Shown here: positions 12,921 through 25,689 of the stretch, piece by piece
Layout of the letters: each line of letters opens with the position of its first letter
Position numbering within the stretch: the first letter of the stretch is position 1
DNA from: Felis catus
Taxonomy: Eukaryota
Assembly (NCBI RefSeq): GCF_018350175.1
Contig: NC_058368.1
Location: 27,902,001-27,966,000 of the forward strand
Direction: 5' to 3'
Length of the DNA stretch: 64,000 nucleotides
Program-made: the position numbers and the translations under genes
The notes under the pieces: model-generated
Seen by the model: only the letters and a program-made list of their open reading frames with translations
What the model was told of the DNA's origin: nothing
Database searches by the model: none

Positions 12921-14419
12921 AAATTTACCTATAAATGCATTACTTATTTAATCAGTAGAGTATGGTTTTTGTTTGGGTACCACTTTGAAATGTTTTTAAG
13001 CAAGTCATTTAAAAAAAATTCAGGACCACTGTAGATAGGAACCTACCCCTAAGAGGCTCTTTGACACTCTCAAGCAGATACTTTATGTCCCAATTTGAAT
13101 GACCTGACTCCGGTTTATCTCACTAATATCCATAGCTACTCCCAAAGTAATGGCCAGTGTCTTCTGAGATAAGAAATTCCAGAGCTTTTTCCTATCATAG
13201 AACAACCTGCATCGGTGGGGACCTAAATCACATTGACTTACTGAATTAAAAATGTTGACCTGTCCACTTTTCAAAGGCTCAGCTACCCTGTGCAATTTTC
13301 TGGCTGCCTGTGACCACTGAGTAGCACAGTGTATAGAAGGCTGTCATGGCAGTCAAGGGGAGGGAACCATGTGGCCTGCTTGGCAGGTATGTCCTACAGC
13401 ATCAGAGGACACACAAATAAGGACCCAGGTTCAAAAAAATAAGTTGACAACAAAAATACACAGTGAACAAATGGCTTAGTCCTATCGGCTATGCTTGCAC
13501 TTTTTTTTTTTAAAAAAAAAAAGCTGATTTGTTCTTATAATTTATTTTAGGCAACAGACATCTTGTCTCAAAAATGATAAGCTAATTTGATAGCTGTTAT
13601 AATTCTGAAAACAAACTGATGATGATGTTGATGACGATGATGGTAGGAGTTATTCGTACGGTAACATGCCCAAGACAAATCCCAGGGGAGCAACAGAAAC
13701 AAAATCAAATGGAGAGATTTGTCTTTGCCCAAGTTCCTCTGAACTGGAAATTTCTAAAGGTGTTTTGTGTGGCACACTGCACTGTTTGCAATTTTTAGCT
13801 TTTAAACTTCAAGCACATCAAAGTGTTGGGAGAGATTCAAAGAAAGATAATAAAATTCTTCTGAGGCTGCCTTACAGAACTGGGCTAACTGCCTGAGAGA
13901 ACAGTGCTGTTGAATCAGCCCTTGCTGAGGAAGCTGCCACACTGGGCCGCTGAGACCCCTCCATCTCATCCAAAGGACAAGGGCTTAGACCATTATTCAT
14001 TGCCTGGCCGGCCTTGGGGTGGCTTGCACACCTTAGAAGAACAAGGGCAGCAGGCGTTCAGAGCATGGGGCCATGCTGTGTGGTTTCCTCAGAGAGGGTT
14101 AACTGTATGTTTGCCGTGGAGTTCTCCGCTTCCTTCTTTCCTTCCTTCCTATTTGGCCCTCAAACAGTAATAAGGGGGAAGTCTTAGGATCTAGTTCCTG
14201 ATCCAAGAATAGATACACGAATGCCGTGGTTGCTTCAGAGCAATGTGCACCTGCCCAGACACACGATTCCAGACCACCTGCCATTAGTTTTACATTGTAA
14301 AGAAGTTTCCTTAGTTCCGTTCTTGAGAGCAAATCTCAGTACAGGATGGGGGTAAAGGCCCTGACACTAGGTTTGGCCCTTCACACAGATAAAGTGAAAG
14401 TGAAGGAGAGGCAGATGTG

Positions 14420-14655
14420 AAGGGAACCTACGTTCACCGAGTTTCCACTATGTGCCAGGCACTGAGCTAATAGTCCTGTGCATATTCTTTAATTCAGTCC
14501 TCACTGGTGTCCCATGCCTTGCCCTTTAGTAACCTTTTGCTGTCTCATACCGTGAAGGTGTTATGCTTAAGGCCACCCAGAGAATAAATGGTGGGGCTTA
14601 GGTCACACCTGGATCTATCTGGCTCCTAAGCCCGTGCTGTTTGCATTATGCCACA
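14420..14655 (-). mobile_element. MIR
   Basis: actatgtgccaggcactgagcta...taaggccacccag...tctatctggctcctaagccc. Confidence 0.7.
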
Positions 14656-16449
14656 TTTCAAGGACATAGACTACAGGGGTGAGGACTCTTATGGGAACAA
14701 ACAAAAAAGACCTATCTGTGCTCAATATCCAAAAAAGAAGTACTAAACCTTCTCCGATGGCCCCTGATTTACTTGCTTATTTTTAAACAGAGAATAATGA
14801 CCAGAAAAATGAGCAAACAGAAACTTCTGTGTTTTCTACTTCATGCCTATTTTTCTTAAATAATATCAGTTACTAGGAAAGGATCTATTTAAAAACCTTA
14901 TTCTAGCTAGTTTGTGACCCAGGACAGATTGAGAAGAAGTTTCTGGATTTCCATGTTTCTACATTTTGTTCATTAGATCATATGGATATTTTATAATTTT
15001 GTGATTGTCAACTCTTAATAAAAATGAACTTGTCATCTAAAGGAGCCCTTTAATGTACCCCAAAATAGATTTCAGGGACCAACTGTCAGTCTCAGTAAAT
15101 CCCTGCTTTCTTCCATTTTTAACAGGGAACCAAAGGAACTTACAGTGAATTTGTTCAAACATGAGTAAGATCCATAGACTCAATATTCCCATCAGGAATC
15201 ACAGATACTTCAGTTGCCCATGTTAGTTTCCTACATCTCTTCATACTGCACCACCTAAAAAATTTAGGATTGGAGCACATAGAGATAGAGGCAAAGGACA
15301 GAGGATGTCAAGTCCCTCAGGTACTTGAGGTTAGGATTCTTTCTTAACCCCTTCCTATGATTCCCTATGCAGAGAAATGCCATAGTAGAGATAAACTGGG
15401 GAGTTTCTCCATGGATTACACAGCCACAGTTACATACATATCAGCGTCTCTGAACCAACCAGAACAATGGCAAACTAGGAAGTAAAAGGAGGTAAGAGAT
15501 AACGACACAAAGACTGAATAATAAAGTGGATGAGTCAGTTAGCCACGCAGAAGAAAAGAGTACAGTCGTAGGCTGGCAAAGGTTATAATTATCAAGCTCT
15601 GTGAATGTCAAGTACTGGGAGAGCAGAGCTAGGGGAGAGAATGGCAGAGGGCAAGGTTAAGGTGGGAGTGACATGGACAAGGGAAAGGGAAATGAGGCCA
15701 ACTAATTAGGGATGAATCACAAGAAGCAGAATCTGACAACAGAGAGCAGAGATCAGGAGGAGCGAGACTGCAGCAAAATAAGAAAAAGAATGAATTGTAT
15801 GTGAACATTGAGTTCAGGCGAAAAGCAGACTTATAAATCCCCATGGCTCCTGAGTTGGCATCACTGGATTATGGCAAGGAGTCTATGTAACTGATGCTTA
15901 GAATGATCAGGCTGGGCCATCGAGAACATTTTAAAATAGGAGTGTCTTATGGATGACTGCAGAGACGTGTAATACATTTTGGAGGGATTTTAATGTAGTT
16001 GGATTTCAGTTTGATCAGTAAATGCGTAAACATTTAGCTATTTGGAAGTATAACCAGTTCCCAACCATCCTGGGTAAACTAGAGCCTAGCCAAAGAGATC
16101 ACTTGCCACATTTCCGAAGGCACAGAAATGGAAAGGAAATGGGGTCCTGTTGCTAGATCCTCGGGTGCCTGGGGGAAGAGTGGAGGCGGCGTGGAATTGC
16201 AAGGCTTGGGAAACCTCTCAGGGAGCGTGCCAGGCTGCTTTAGCAACAGCATAGCAGCAGGGCGCTACAGGAACTTGCACTGGGAGGAGGCTTGGCAGTG
16301 GAGTAAGGCAACTTAGGCACTTATCTCTGATGCAGAATCCGAGGCGGCACCAAAAACCTCTGGTAATCAAGATAATATTCTGACGGATTGTTTTTACAGA
16401 TCGAAATTAGTGCAAAAACAATCCATGACGAACAAACCGTCAAACTTTG

Positions 16450-16870
16450 AAACAAAGACAGAATCAGCAGGGACACTGAAAACATCCGGGAGAGGCTGGA
16501 TGAACTGGAGAGATGCTTAGGAGGAAGGACAGGTGGTTGATGCAGTGTGCTGAAAGAGCGAGACAGGGGAGTCAGGGACAGAGCCCAGCTTTATGACTCA
16601 TGTGGCATGTCAGTCCCCGACTTAGGGGATTCAGAGAAGGAGGGCATTTGGGGGAGGATGATGGTAAGTTCCGCTAGGGCTTTGTCACATGTGAGGTGAC
16701 ATGAGCTATCAAATGGATTCCTGGAAATATAGCTGGCACTTGGGAGAGAAATCTGAGCTGGCTATAGAGAGAGAGGCTCACATGTAGATGCTACTAGAAG
16801 CCAGTGTATAGGTGAGCCTGCCCAGGGAGCAGGTATACAGACAGAAGAAACAGATGAATGCGCTGAATGT
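16450..16870 (-). mobile_element. L2 fragment
   Basis: tggatgaactggagagatgcttaggagg...tgggagagaaatctgagctgg. Confidence 0.55.
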
Positions 16871-16879
16871 AATAATAAA

Positions 16880-17340
16880 AAGCAACAGTAAGTAACACTT
16901 ATTGAGCTTTGCTACGTGCTTACCACTCTGCTGAGTTGTTTACAAGCAATATCTAATCAAATCCTCACAAGGGCTCTAAAAGATCTATGCTATTATTCTT
17001 CTCATTTTACTGATGAGGAAATGGATGTTTAGAGAGGTTAAGTAAGCCAGGATCTGAGCTCGGCAAGCAAATGGCCAAGCCAGGATTTAAACTCAGGAGG
17101 TCTGAAGGAAAGAGCGGGGGACAACCTGAAGAGAAGAGCAAGGGCCAGGATTTGAATGCTGGCTTTGTGGTTTACGGGCTGTGTGATCCCGGCCAGCGCT
17201 CGTCCTCCTGCCGTCTCTGTTTCTTCGTCTGTAAAACACGGGGATAGCAGAGGCTACCTCCTAGGGTTAATAGGAAGATGGGAGAGGGCATATTAAGTGT
17301 CTGATACGTAGTAGGTGCGCAGCACAAGCTAGCTAACTAT
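16880..17340. mobile_element. Two MIRs in opposite orientation
   Basis: 16880-17105: ttattgagc...attttactgatgaggaaa...agagaggttaagtaa. 17150-17340: gctgtgtgatcc...ctctgtttcttcgtctgtaaaa. Confidence 0.75.
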
Positions 17341-18578
17341 GGCAGTCATGAGGAACACACGAGGGTCATGGCAAACATTTAAAGGGCCTTAGAGAAGAGG
17401 AGATAGAGGAAAATATAATGGAGAGGAAGAAGCAGAGCCGGGAGAGAAGCAGTCCAAGGGAGGGAGCATACCAGTGTTTGGTTGGTTTGCCAGCCATTGA
17501 TGCCCTTAGCAGAAGCGGTAAGTTGAGTGAGGTGGTTGGGGGCGGGGGGGGGGGGTGCTCATTAAGTGATGCTGAGGAAGGGGAGCTAATGAATGTGGAC
17601 AATCCTTCCTGCAAGTGTGGCCCTGAAGGGAAGGGAAAGGCGAGATGTTGCATGAGGAAGACACAGTGGTCAGGAAGAGTACTCTCCCACCCCCTATACA
17701 TCTGAGGATGGGGGAGAAATTGGGCCTTTTTCCTCCCTGAGAGGAGAAGTCATGGAAAGTGAGAGAAAACATCAGGCCTAAAAATAGTGATGACTTTCTA
17801 CTTAAACTTGAACAGTAGTTGAACGTATTCAAAAGTGCTTTTATAGCCGATGTGATATGGAGTCTTTAGAGCAATCCTGTGGAGTAGGTAAGGTAGTTAG
17901 ATTCCCCGATTTATAGATGTTGAAATGAAGACTCAAAAGATAAGAGATAAAGGGTTGTCAATGTGAGAAGATTAAGAGACTCCCTCCTCACCCCAGCTGG
18001 TGTGCAGAATGGAGGTAAGGGGCTGATTCTCTAGCATAGCTATGAGAGGGGCCATGTTCCGACAGAGGGCTACTAGCAGGAGGGGTATGCTCCCCGGAGG
18101 CAAAAATACATGGGAGGAAGCGAGACACAAGAGACCCGTGGCTAGCCCCCACACAAAGTCTAAACCATGAGAGAGATCTGAAAAAAGACTGTAAAGTTTA
18201 ACTTTGCATTAAGAATATACTAAGATCCTTTTGGAATTGTCTTAAGACATTGAGAAAAGATTGGAATTGTTTGCAGTGGATTTTTTCTCTGGAGCCCTGG
18301 GCACATGGGGCATGGCAATATTTTCTTTTGTGCAAAAGAACAAAGAACAAAGGTAGAAAGAAGAGGAGGTAAATGGAAATATAAGGGTTTTAGGAAAGGT
18401 TGAGGTTTCAGAGAAAGACAGAATTTAGAGAAAGTGGTTGAAAATGAATAAAGCTGGGCCGAGGTCATATTCTGGGAAAGAAAATCTACACTGCATTTGA
18501 AAGAAAAACAAGACCTGGAGAGAAGCTGAGGGGAATGGGATATTGGTCTGGGAGCTAGTGACAAACTAAAAGTGGTAT

Positions 18579-19052
18579 GACACAGGTGTGCTGTTTCGAA
18601 GGGACACAGGCACCCCCATGTTTATAGCAGCACTATCAACAATAGCCAAAGTATGGAAAGAGCCCAAATGTCCATCGAGGGATGAATGGATAAAGAAGAT
18701 GTGGTATATATATATACAATGGAGTATTACTTGGTAATCAAAAAGAATGAAATCTTGCCATTTGCAGCAACGTGGATGGAACTTGCCATTTACAGCTAAG
18801 TGAAATTAGAGAAAGACAAAAATCCTAAGACTTCATTCATATGAGGACGTTAAGAGACGAAACAGATGAACACAAGGGAAGGGAATCAAAAATAAAGACA
18901 GGGAGGGGGACAAAACAGAAGAGACTCATAAATATGGAGAACAAACTGAGGGTTATGGGAGGGAGTGTGGGAGGGGGAATGGGCTAAATGGGTAAGGGGT
19001 ATTAAGGAATCTACTCCTGAAATCATTGTTGCACTCTATGCTAACTAATTTG
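18579..19052 (+). mobile_element. L1_Fc-type 3' fragment lacking its poly(A) tail
   Basis: atgtttatagcagcactatcaacaatagccaaagtatggaaagagcccaaatgtccatc...ggaatctactcctgaaatcattgttgcactctatgctaactaatttg. Confidence 0.9.
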
Positions 19053-19438
19053 AAGGCAGTCTGGGAGGCTAGAGGTGCTCTATGAGTTTGAAAAGGGGGC
19101 CCAGGTTCCTTATGTCTTGTTGCTTCCACAGGTGCTGTCCTTATCTGTATGACCAAAGTTGGCCCTCTACATCCATATTTCAACCCAGTGGAGGGGGGAA
19201 AGAGGAAGCGAGAGCTCTGAGTTTTCTTTGGAGAACAAAAGCTCTGAATTGTGCACACCACTCTATTTACATTCCGTTCGTCAGAGCGTTGTCAGATGGC
19301 CGTATGTAGCCGCACGGGAGGTTGGGCAATGTGGTCTCTAGGTGGGCAGTCCTGTGCCCAGCCCGAACTCAGGGGAGCGTGTTACCGAAGGAAAGAAGAG
19401 AGGACTGTAAACTGAGAACAATTAGTCTCTGTGCTCAC
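19053..19438 (-). mobile_element. MLT1 (J-like) LTR, partial
   Basis: cccaggttccttatgtcttgttgct...acatccatatttcaacc...gggaggttgggcaatgtggtctcta...ctgtgcccagc. Confidence 0.65.
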
Positions 19439-19676
19439 AGTCAGACACCATAGTTAGATAATCGGAAGATTCCAGTAAGTAAGCTTGAGTAGGCTATGCA
19501 GAGTGTGAGTGCGAATCTGAGTTCGGATTGCGGGAGTGAGGTGTGTCGGTTTTGGGGAGAAGTAAGACAGTAGTAAAGTGTGGAGGGATGATGTGTGTTT
19601 TGGGCGTGACTGAGGTTGTACTAAGCGGGACACACTCCTAGGTCCATGACTCTCGTTTATAAATATGCCTCTAGTT

Positions 19677-19892
19677 TAGGAGTCGGCAAACGTTTTCTGT
19701 AAAGGGACCAAGTAGTCAATAGTTTAGGCTTTGTGGGCCATACGGTCTTTGTCAAATCTATTCAGCTCGGCTGTTGGAGCATGAAAGCAGCCTAAACAAT
19801 ATAAGCAAACAGGTTGTTTCCCAGTAAAGTGTTATTTATAAAAACAGGCTGTGGGCCAGATTTGACCTGTGGCCATAGTTTGCTGACCTCTG
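19677..19892 (-). mobile_element. MER58A hAT MITE
   Basis: ggagtcggcaaacgttttctgtaaagg...ggctttgtgggccatacgg...agtttgctgacctctg. Confidence 0.85.
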
Positions 19893-20114
19893 GTCTATTG
19901 CTCTGAAAGTACAGTCCTCTGAACCTACAGTATAACTCTATCAAGAATAACAGTTTCATCTGCATTCACTAATACATTTATTTAACTGGGTGTGTTCTAT
20001 GCAAGGCTCTGGGATATGAAAGAATGTGAGACACAGTGCCTGAACACATAGGCAAGTTATTGTCTAAAGAAATATACACGGAAATAATTGCAAAACACCA
20101 CGGTAACTTCTTTC

Positions 20115-20392
20115 TTTCTTCCTTCCTTTTGTTTTTCTTTTTAACCGAAGTATAATTAATATAGAGTGTTCATTAGTTCCAGGTATATAGTATAATGATT
20201 CAACAACTCTATACATTATCCAGTGCTCATCAAGAGGAACGATCCCCTTTATTTCACTCCTCTGCACACCCACTTCTCCTCTGGCAACCACCAATTTGTT
20301 CTCTGTCTTTTTAAGAGTCTGTTTTTATTTGTCTCTTTTTTTTCTTTGTACATTTGTTTTGCTTCTTAAATTCCACGTATGAGTGAAATCAC
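20115..20392 (-). mobile_element. Carnivore L1 3' end
   Basis: T-tail then gaagtataattaat...ttagttccaggt...ctctggcaaccaccaatttgttctctg...gagtgaaatcac. Confidence 0.85.
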
Positions 20393-20689
20393 ACACCGGT
20401 AGTTTCTATAATAGATGCATGGGTCAGAATCAGTAGGAACACGAGGGAAGGCATGCCAAAGTTTGCCTGGAGGTCAGAAAAGCCTTCTCAAAGGCAAGGG
20501 CCAAGCTGGAGCCGGAGGGGGAAGGGAAGAATCCCTGCCTCACCCAACAGAGAAGGGAATTTCAGAGCGCGTGTGTTGTGTGTGCGAGCGCGCATATGCG
20601 TGGGGGTGGGGGGTGGACAGTATGTGGACAAAAATGGAAAATGAGAGAGTCTGGCATGTTTGCAGCACTCCCAACATTTGAGGAACAGA

Positions 20690-21260
20690 GAGATAAATGC
20701 TTAGAAGTCAGGTTATAAAAGGCCATTTATAAGTTGTTCCAAGGAATTTCATTTTATGTTGTAGGTCATGGGGAGCCATCGAGACTGCAAATGAGCTGGG
20801 CAGTGACAGTGGCAGATCTGTTAGAGAGCTCCCTCCTGCAGGAGCATGTGCCACGGAGGGGCGGGGGCGAGACAAGAGCAAGGAAAACCAGTAACTGTTA
20901 TCAATGATCGTATGTTTGGGGGAGGGGAAGGAGGGCCTGAAATGAGTTGCCAGGGGTGGGAAGAGAAGGAAATAATGGACTCAAGAGACTTCTGATATGA
21001 ATTATTGGCTTACTGGAAGCAAATTGTGTAGGGAGAAGGAAGAATTCGGTATGACACCCAAGATTCTGACTTGGGTAACCAAGTACATGGTAACACTTAT
21101 CAAGACAGTAGGGATTACAGAAGGACTGGGTTTGGGGGGATTTGATATGCTTCTGGTATGGATTTGACATGGCTGGGAAAATCCAGGTGGAGTCTACTGT
21201 GCAAATGGGTGTTTATGTCTGTTCCTTGGGAGAGCGTCTGGACCAGAACTACAGATGTAA
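20690..21260 (-). mobile_element. L2 fragment
   Basis: atggggagccatc...atgacacccaagattctgacttgggtaac...tttgacatggctgggaaaatccaggtggag. Confidence 0.65.
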
Positions 21261-22264
21261 TCAATTAGGATGCCTCAGTTTTAGGGGGTAATTACACTCC
21301 GTTACCTTCTGGAAAACACCATTGCAAGGCCAAAATGGACAAATGTAGAAGTCAGGGGGAATTCAAAATGTGGTTACAAGATATAAAATCAAACCAGACT
21401 CTGCCTGTACTAACAGTAGACTTCAGACTCTGCACTGAAATTCCCTATGACCAATACAAAGAATGAGGCCATTGCTTAAGTCACGGTATCTATAGGACAG
21501 TCAGTTGTTTAGTGGGAGCCAGTTGGTCTTGGTACTGAAATTTAAGTTTCCCAGGTGATATGGTGAGCAACTTCTTCAACAGCATCTTTTTATTTATATA
21601 AAAAATAAAATCACTTCACTGGGTTCTTTCTTCTCCGGCTCTCAAAGGGTTACATTAAAGCAAAGTTGTACAAGAAAGGTGTTGTTCTCAACTCACCTGT
21701 CATCTTCATAAAGTCCCTAGATCAGGAACTCTCTGAGGGTTGTGCTGGAGAGAGTTCTGAACCAGGAGGAACCTATATGACATTCTTGTTGCTAGGGTGG
21801 GCAACACCAAGTAAATGAGGGCCTTACAGCCTGTTGTCTTAAAAAAGACAGAGTTCTTCTCTTATTTCAGTGGATTTTGTTTAATTATCCTTTTATATAC
21901 ATTTAAGAGATTTCTCCAAAGGAGGTCAACATTTTAGTGCAGGTACTTTTAAGGTCACTAGGTTTAGGCCAAGAAAGCTTTCTTCTGTTCAGGATGTTAC
22001 AAATAGGTCAGCAGAATGCTGTCACCATGAGCCATTAGGGGAACATGGGAACGACTTGTACTGGATTGTTATTATCCAAGAGTCTTTTGCGCCTCTAAAA
22101 AAGGTCAGCTGAGTAAACGTGGAGTCTGAAATAGAAGAGGAGCAGATTATCTAAATTAGGACATATGTTTGTCAGTTTTCTTCTCAAAAGAGTGTCTTTC
22201 AGCAGCATGCTTCATCATCTTGACTATCCAGGTTTTAGTCTTTACATTTAAGAATCAGATCCCT

Positions 22265-22479
22265 GGGGCGCCTGGGTGGCTCAGTCGGTTAAGCGTCCGA
22301 CTTCGGCTCAGGCCACGATCTCGTGGTATGTGAGTTCGAGCCCCACATCGGACTCTGTGCTGACTGCTCAGAGCCTGGAAGCCTGTTTCAGATTCTGTAT
22401 CTCCCTCTCTGTCTGACCCTCCCCCGTTCATGCTCTGTCTCTCTCTGTCTCAAAAATAAACGTTAAAAAAAAAATTTAA
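22265..22479 (+). mobile_element. SINEC_Fc
   Basis: ggggcgcctgggtggctcagtcggttaagcgtccgacttcggctcagg; perfect TSD aagaatcagatccct at 22250-22264 and 22480-22494. Confidence 0.96.
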
Positions 22480-22729
22480 AAGAATCAGATCCCTTACGTA
22501 CACTGTGAGAACATCCTTAGCTCACTGCAGTGATCTACATTTATTTATAATTATCCTTCAAACTTTTATGACTGGGAGATGCTGGGAATTGAGTTGGTGG
22601 AAGGAACAAAGGAGTTAGAGGGATACGTGCAGAAAATGATGCCGAGAGAGAGAGGCACATAGACATAACAGAGATTTATTCCACTCATATCTGGCTTAGC
22701 TTCCCAGGATCTTTCCTCATAAACTTTTT

Positions 22730-23103
22730 GTTTCAACTTATGTAAAAATTCTAAACATAAATGAATAGGTAGTATTACAAGTTTTTATGAGCAAACACTT
22801 AAATAACCACCACGTAGACCAAGTAATAAGAAGATATTGACAGAATTCCAGAAGCATCCCCTATTACCCACATGGCCCTGTCTGTCACCAAGTCTTCCGT
22901 CCCATAGTAGTCATGCCCATCAATGTTATGGTAGTCACTATGCATCCCTAAAATACTAGCTTTTGATACAAATAGAATCATAACACATATATATTTTTGC
23001 CTGGCTTCTTTCACTCAATGTTATGTTTTTATAATTCACCCATGGTGGTATGTGTTATAATTCACTCATTTCCTTTTTTTTTTTTTAATTTTTAGTGTTT
23101 ATT

Positions 23104-23165
<62 letters not shown>

Positions 23166-23440
23166 TGGGGGAGGGGCAGAGAGAGAGGGAGATACAGAAT
23201 CAGAAGTAGGCTCCAGGCTCTGAGCTGTCAGCACAGAGCCCGACATGGGGCTCGAACTCGCAGACAGTGAGATCATGACCTGAGCCGAAGTCGGATGCTC
23301 AACTGACTGAGCCACCCAGGCGCCCCATATAATTGACTCATTTTCATTGCTGTGGAATAGTCTACTGTCCGAATTAACCCCAATTGCTTATCTATTTTAT
23401 TATTGACGGAATTTGGATTTTTTCCAGTTTGGAGCTCTCC
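22730..23440 (-). mobile_element. Old L1 3' fragment (L1MC/ME-like) containing a SINE
   Basis: ctggcttctttcactcaatgttatg...ttcattgctgtggaatagtc...tttggattttttccagtttggagct. Confidence 0.7.
23072..23326 (-). mobile_element. SINEC_Fc with long (GA)n
   Basis: Ends caggcgcccc; TSD tataatt(c/g)actcattt at 23056-23071 and 23328-23343. Confidence 0.95.
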
Positions 23441-25689
23441 CCACCCCTCCACTCCCAATTTATCCAATCACTCTTACTGCTCTTCTCTTGTCGTATATAT
23501 TCCAAAATATACCAGGATTGGAAATTGGAGATGATGAGACTTTACCTGCTGATAGCCATTATAATCTTTGTCTGGAAAATTATCTTCAAAGACCCATTTG
23601 ACCACACTTACCCTTTGATTAAGTGAGCTATTTAAAGGTGCCCAGTAAATGATAAAACACTAAAAATACTGAGTATTGGTTGTTCTGTTACCACAATTAT
23701 TATATTTCTAAAACCAATTTAGTTAGCTAACATTAATATACACACCGTCAGGCATTGTGTGTTAATCCTCCCAAACCTCTTCAGAATAGGAACTGTTGTT
23801 ATTGCCATTTTACAGATGGTGAGACTGAGACACAGAGGAGCAGCCCCTTACGTGCTTCCACACATCTGTTATGTGAGGTATCCAGAATTCAACCTTGATG
23901 ACCAAACTCCATAACCGTGCTCTCAACGATTGCACTAAGTACTTTAAAGGCAAACATGGGGAGCAGAACGTATACTTCTGCCCAGGTTCTGTTTCAAGAT
24001 CATGTGACACTTAGTTCTGATGACAAATAATCCTGCCAGTGCAGCCACAGTAACCTGTGTTAAGGCAGAAGAAAGATTTGTAGGTGAGCTCCCCTGCAGC
24101 TTGTGGGGACTCTTCGTTTTGTTCTCGCACTGGAGTGGGTCCTGCAGAGGTAGAGGGGCTCTGGCAGTGGCCTCACTGAGCACTCCCACAGGAGCCGACC
24201 CTGCAGTCCACAGCCACGCTTCCCTGGCACCTGTGGAGAAGGTCGCCTTGGGCTTGGTCACAGCCCAGTTAGGTAGTCAGGGTCACAAGGCTGCGAGGTG
24301 AGCAGCAAAGACAGCCTAGGCAGAGGCGTTTCATTCCATACAGAATCTTCAGGGTCCGCCACAGGACCTGTCTCCTCACCAGCCGTCAAGAAATGTCTGG
24401 TGAAGGAGCTAGAAGGAAAAGCTATGAAGCTGGTTTGACTGACTTTGTGAAACTGCATCCCTCTGCTGTTAGAATGATTCGAATGCCATGCTTAACAAAG
24501 CTCTGATTCCCATGCTTCAGAACCTGCTGTAAGCACGCTCGTCAACAGAACTGCACATGCATGGGGCTCCTGCCAAAGCGTGTGTTTGTGGCGACACAGA
24601 TTCAGTTGTGACTGTGTGGCGTTAACTTCCTGCATCCGAAAGCAGGGGCAGTCAATTAAAACCCTGATTTATTTACACATCCCCTCTCTTTCTTTCAATT
24701 GAATATCTTGTTCAGAAGAATTCTATTAATATGATTTATCACAATAAACAGCATGGTTCCTGCTTTAATTGATTCATCTTTTTCTCCATCTAAAATGTTT
24801 CCTATATCTCTATTCTGCATCAACTTTTAGTGTCCTTTTCACAACCCCCCCGCTCCATATCTTCACTGACTTTGATCATTTCTACAGAGTCTAGATTTTT
24901 TATATAGTCTACATCTTAAATCACTCATTTTCTCATTTTTAAAGTGCTGATTATAATCATCCCTTAAATTTACTGAAATTAGCATGAGTTTTTAAACCAT
25001 TAGTCAAAAAAGAAGAGGCTTTTTTAAAAGAAACTCCCTGCTGTTCTTTGTGGATGAAACAGTTGACATTTTGTTAAGAGATTTTTATCTGACTTTAATT
25101 CTGTAGCTTTAATGTATTCTTCACAGTTATAAATGGAGCGGTTTGTCCTAAATGGAAGTGTATCTATATAAGCATAGTTATATCCAGTCTTTAAAATGGA
25201 TCATTTCATTTCACACATGCTATAGAATCTTGAATTTCACCTTTACTCATCTCAATTTCTTTACTAAAAACGACTCTGTTGCTCCAAATTCCTATATCAA
25301 TGGATTGGATATATCAAATTGTAGTAGTAATTGTTCGTAAGTACATATTTTATAACATGTACTAATGGAATAATAAAATATATTGCAATAACAATATGCT
25401 CTGCCTGATAGAATTTCATCATGGGACTCCATTAACGCATTCGGCTGGTATCAGCTTTTGAAAACGCCTTCCGTTGTGGGGCAAGGAAAATGCTCTGTAT
25501 AATAGTGAATGGTGAAAATGGGATTCAAATAGGAATTTCTAGGAAGGCTGAGCAGAATGAAAGAATACAGAAACATGAACGGATGCTGACCACGCAGTTT
25601 TGATATTGCTAGAAACTGGATTGATCCTGTGGATGCCTGTGCTCTCATCACACCCCAGCCTTTCCCCCCTACAGGTCAGGGGCTACCCT

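Noticed and set aside
16250..16268. CTCF-like word gcagcagggcgcta
   Set aside because: Several core mismatches to CCASYAGRKGGCRS in either register.
22265..22345. tRNA-like A/B-box sequences (also in the other SINE heads)
   Set aside because: tRNA-derived Can-SINE heads followed by (CT)n, A-tail and TSDs; not tRNA genes.
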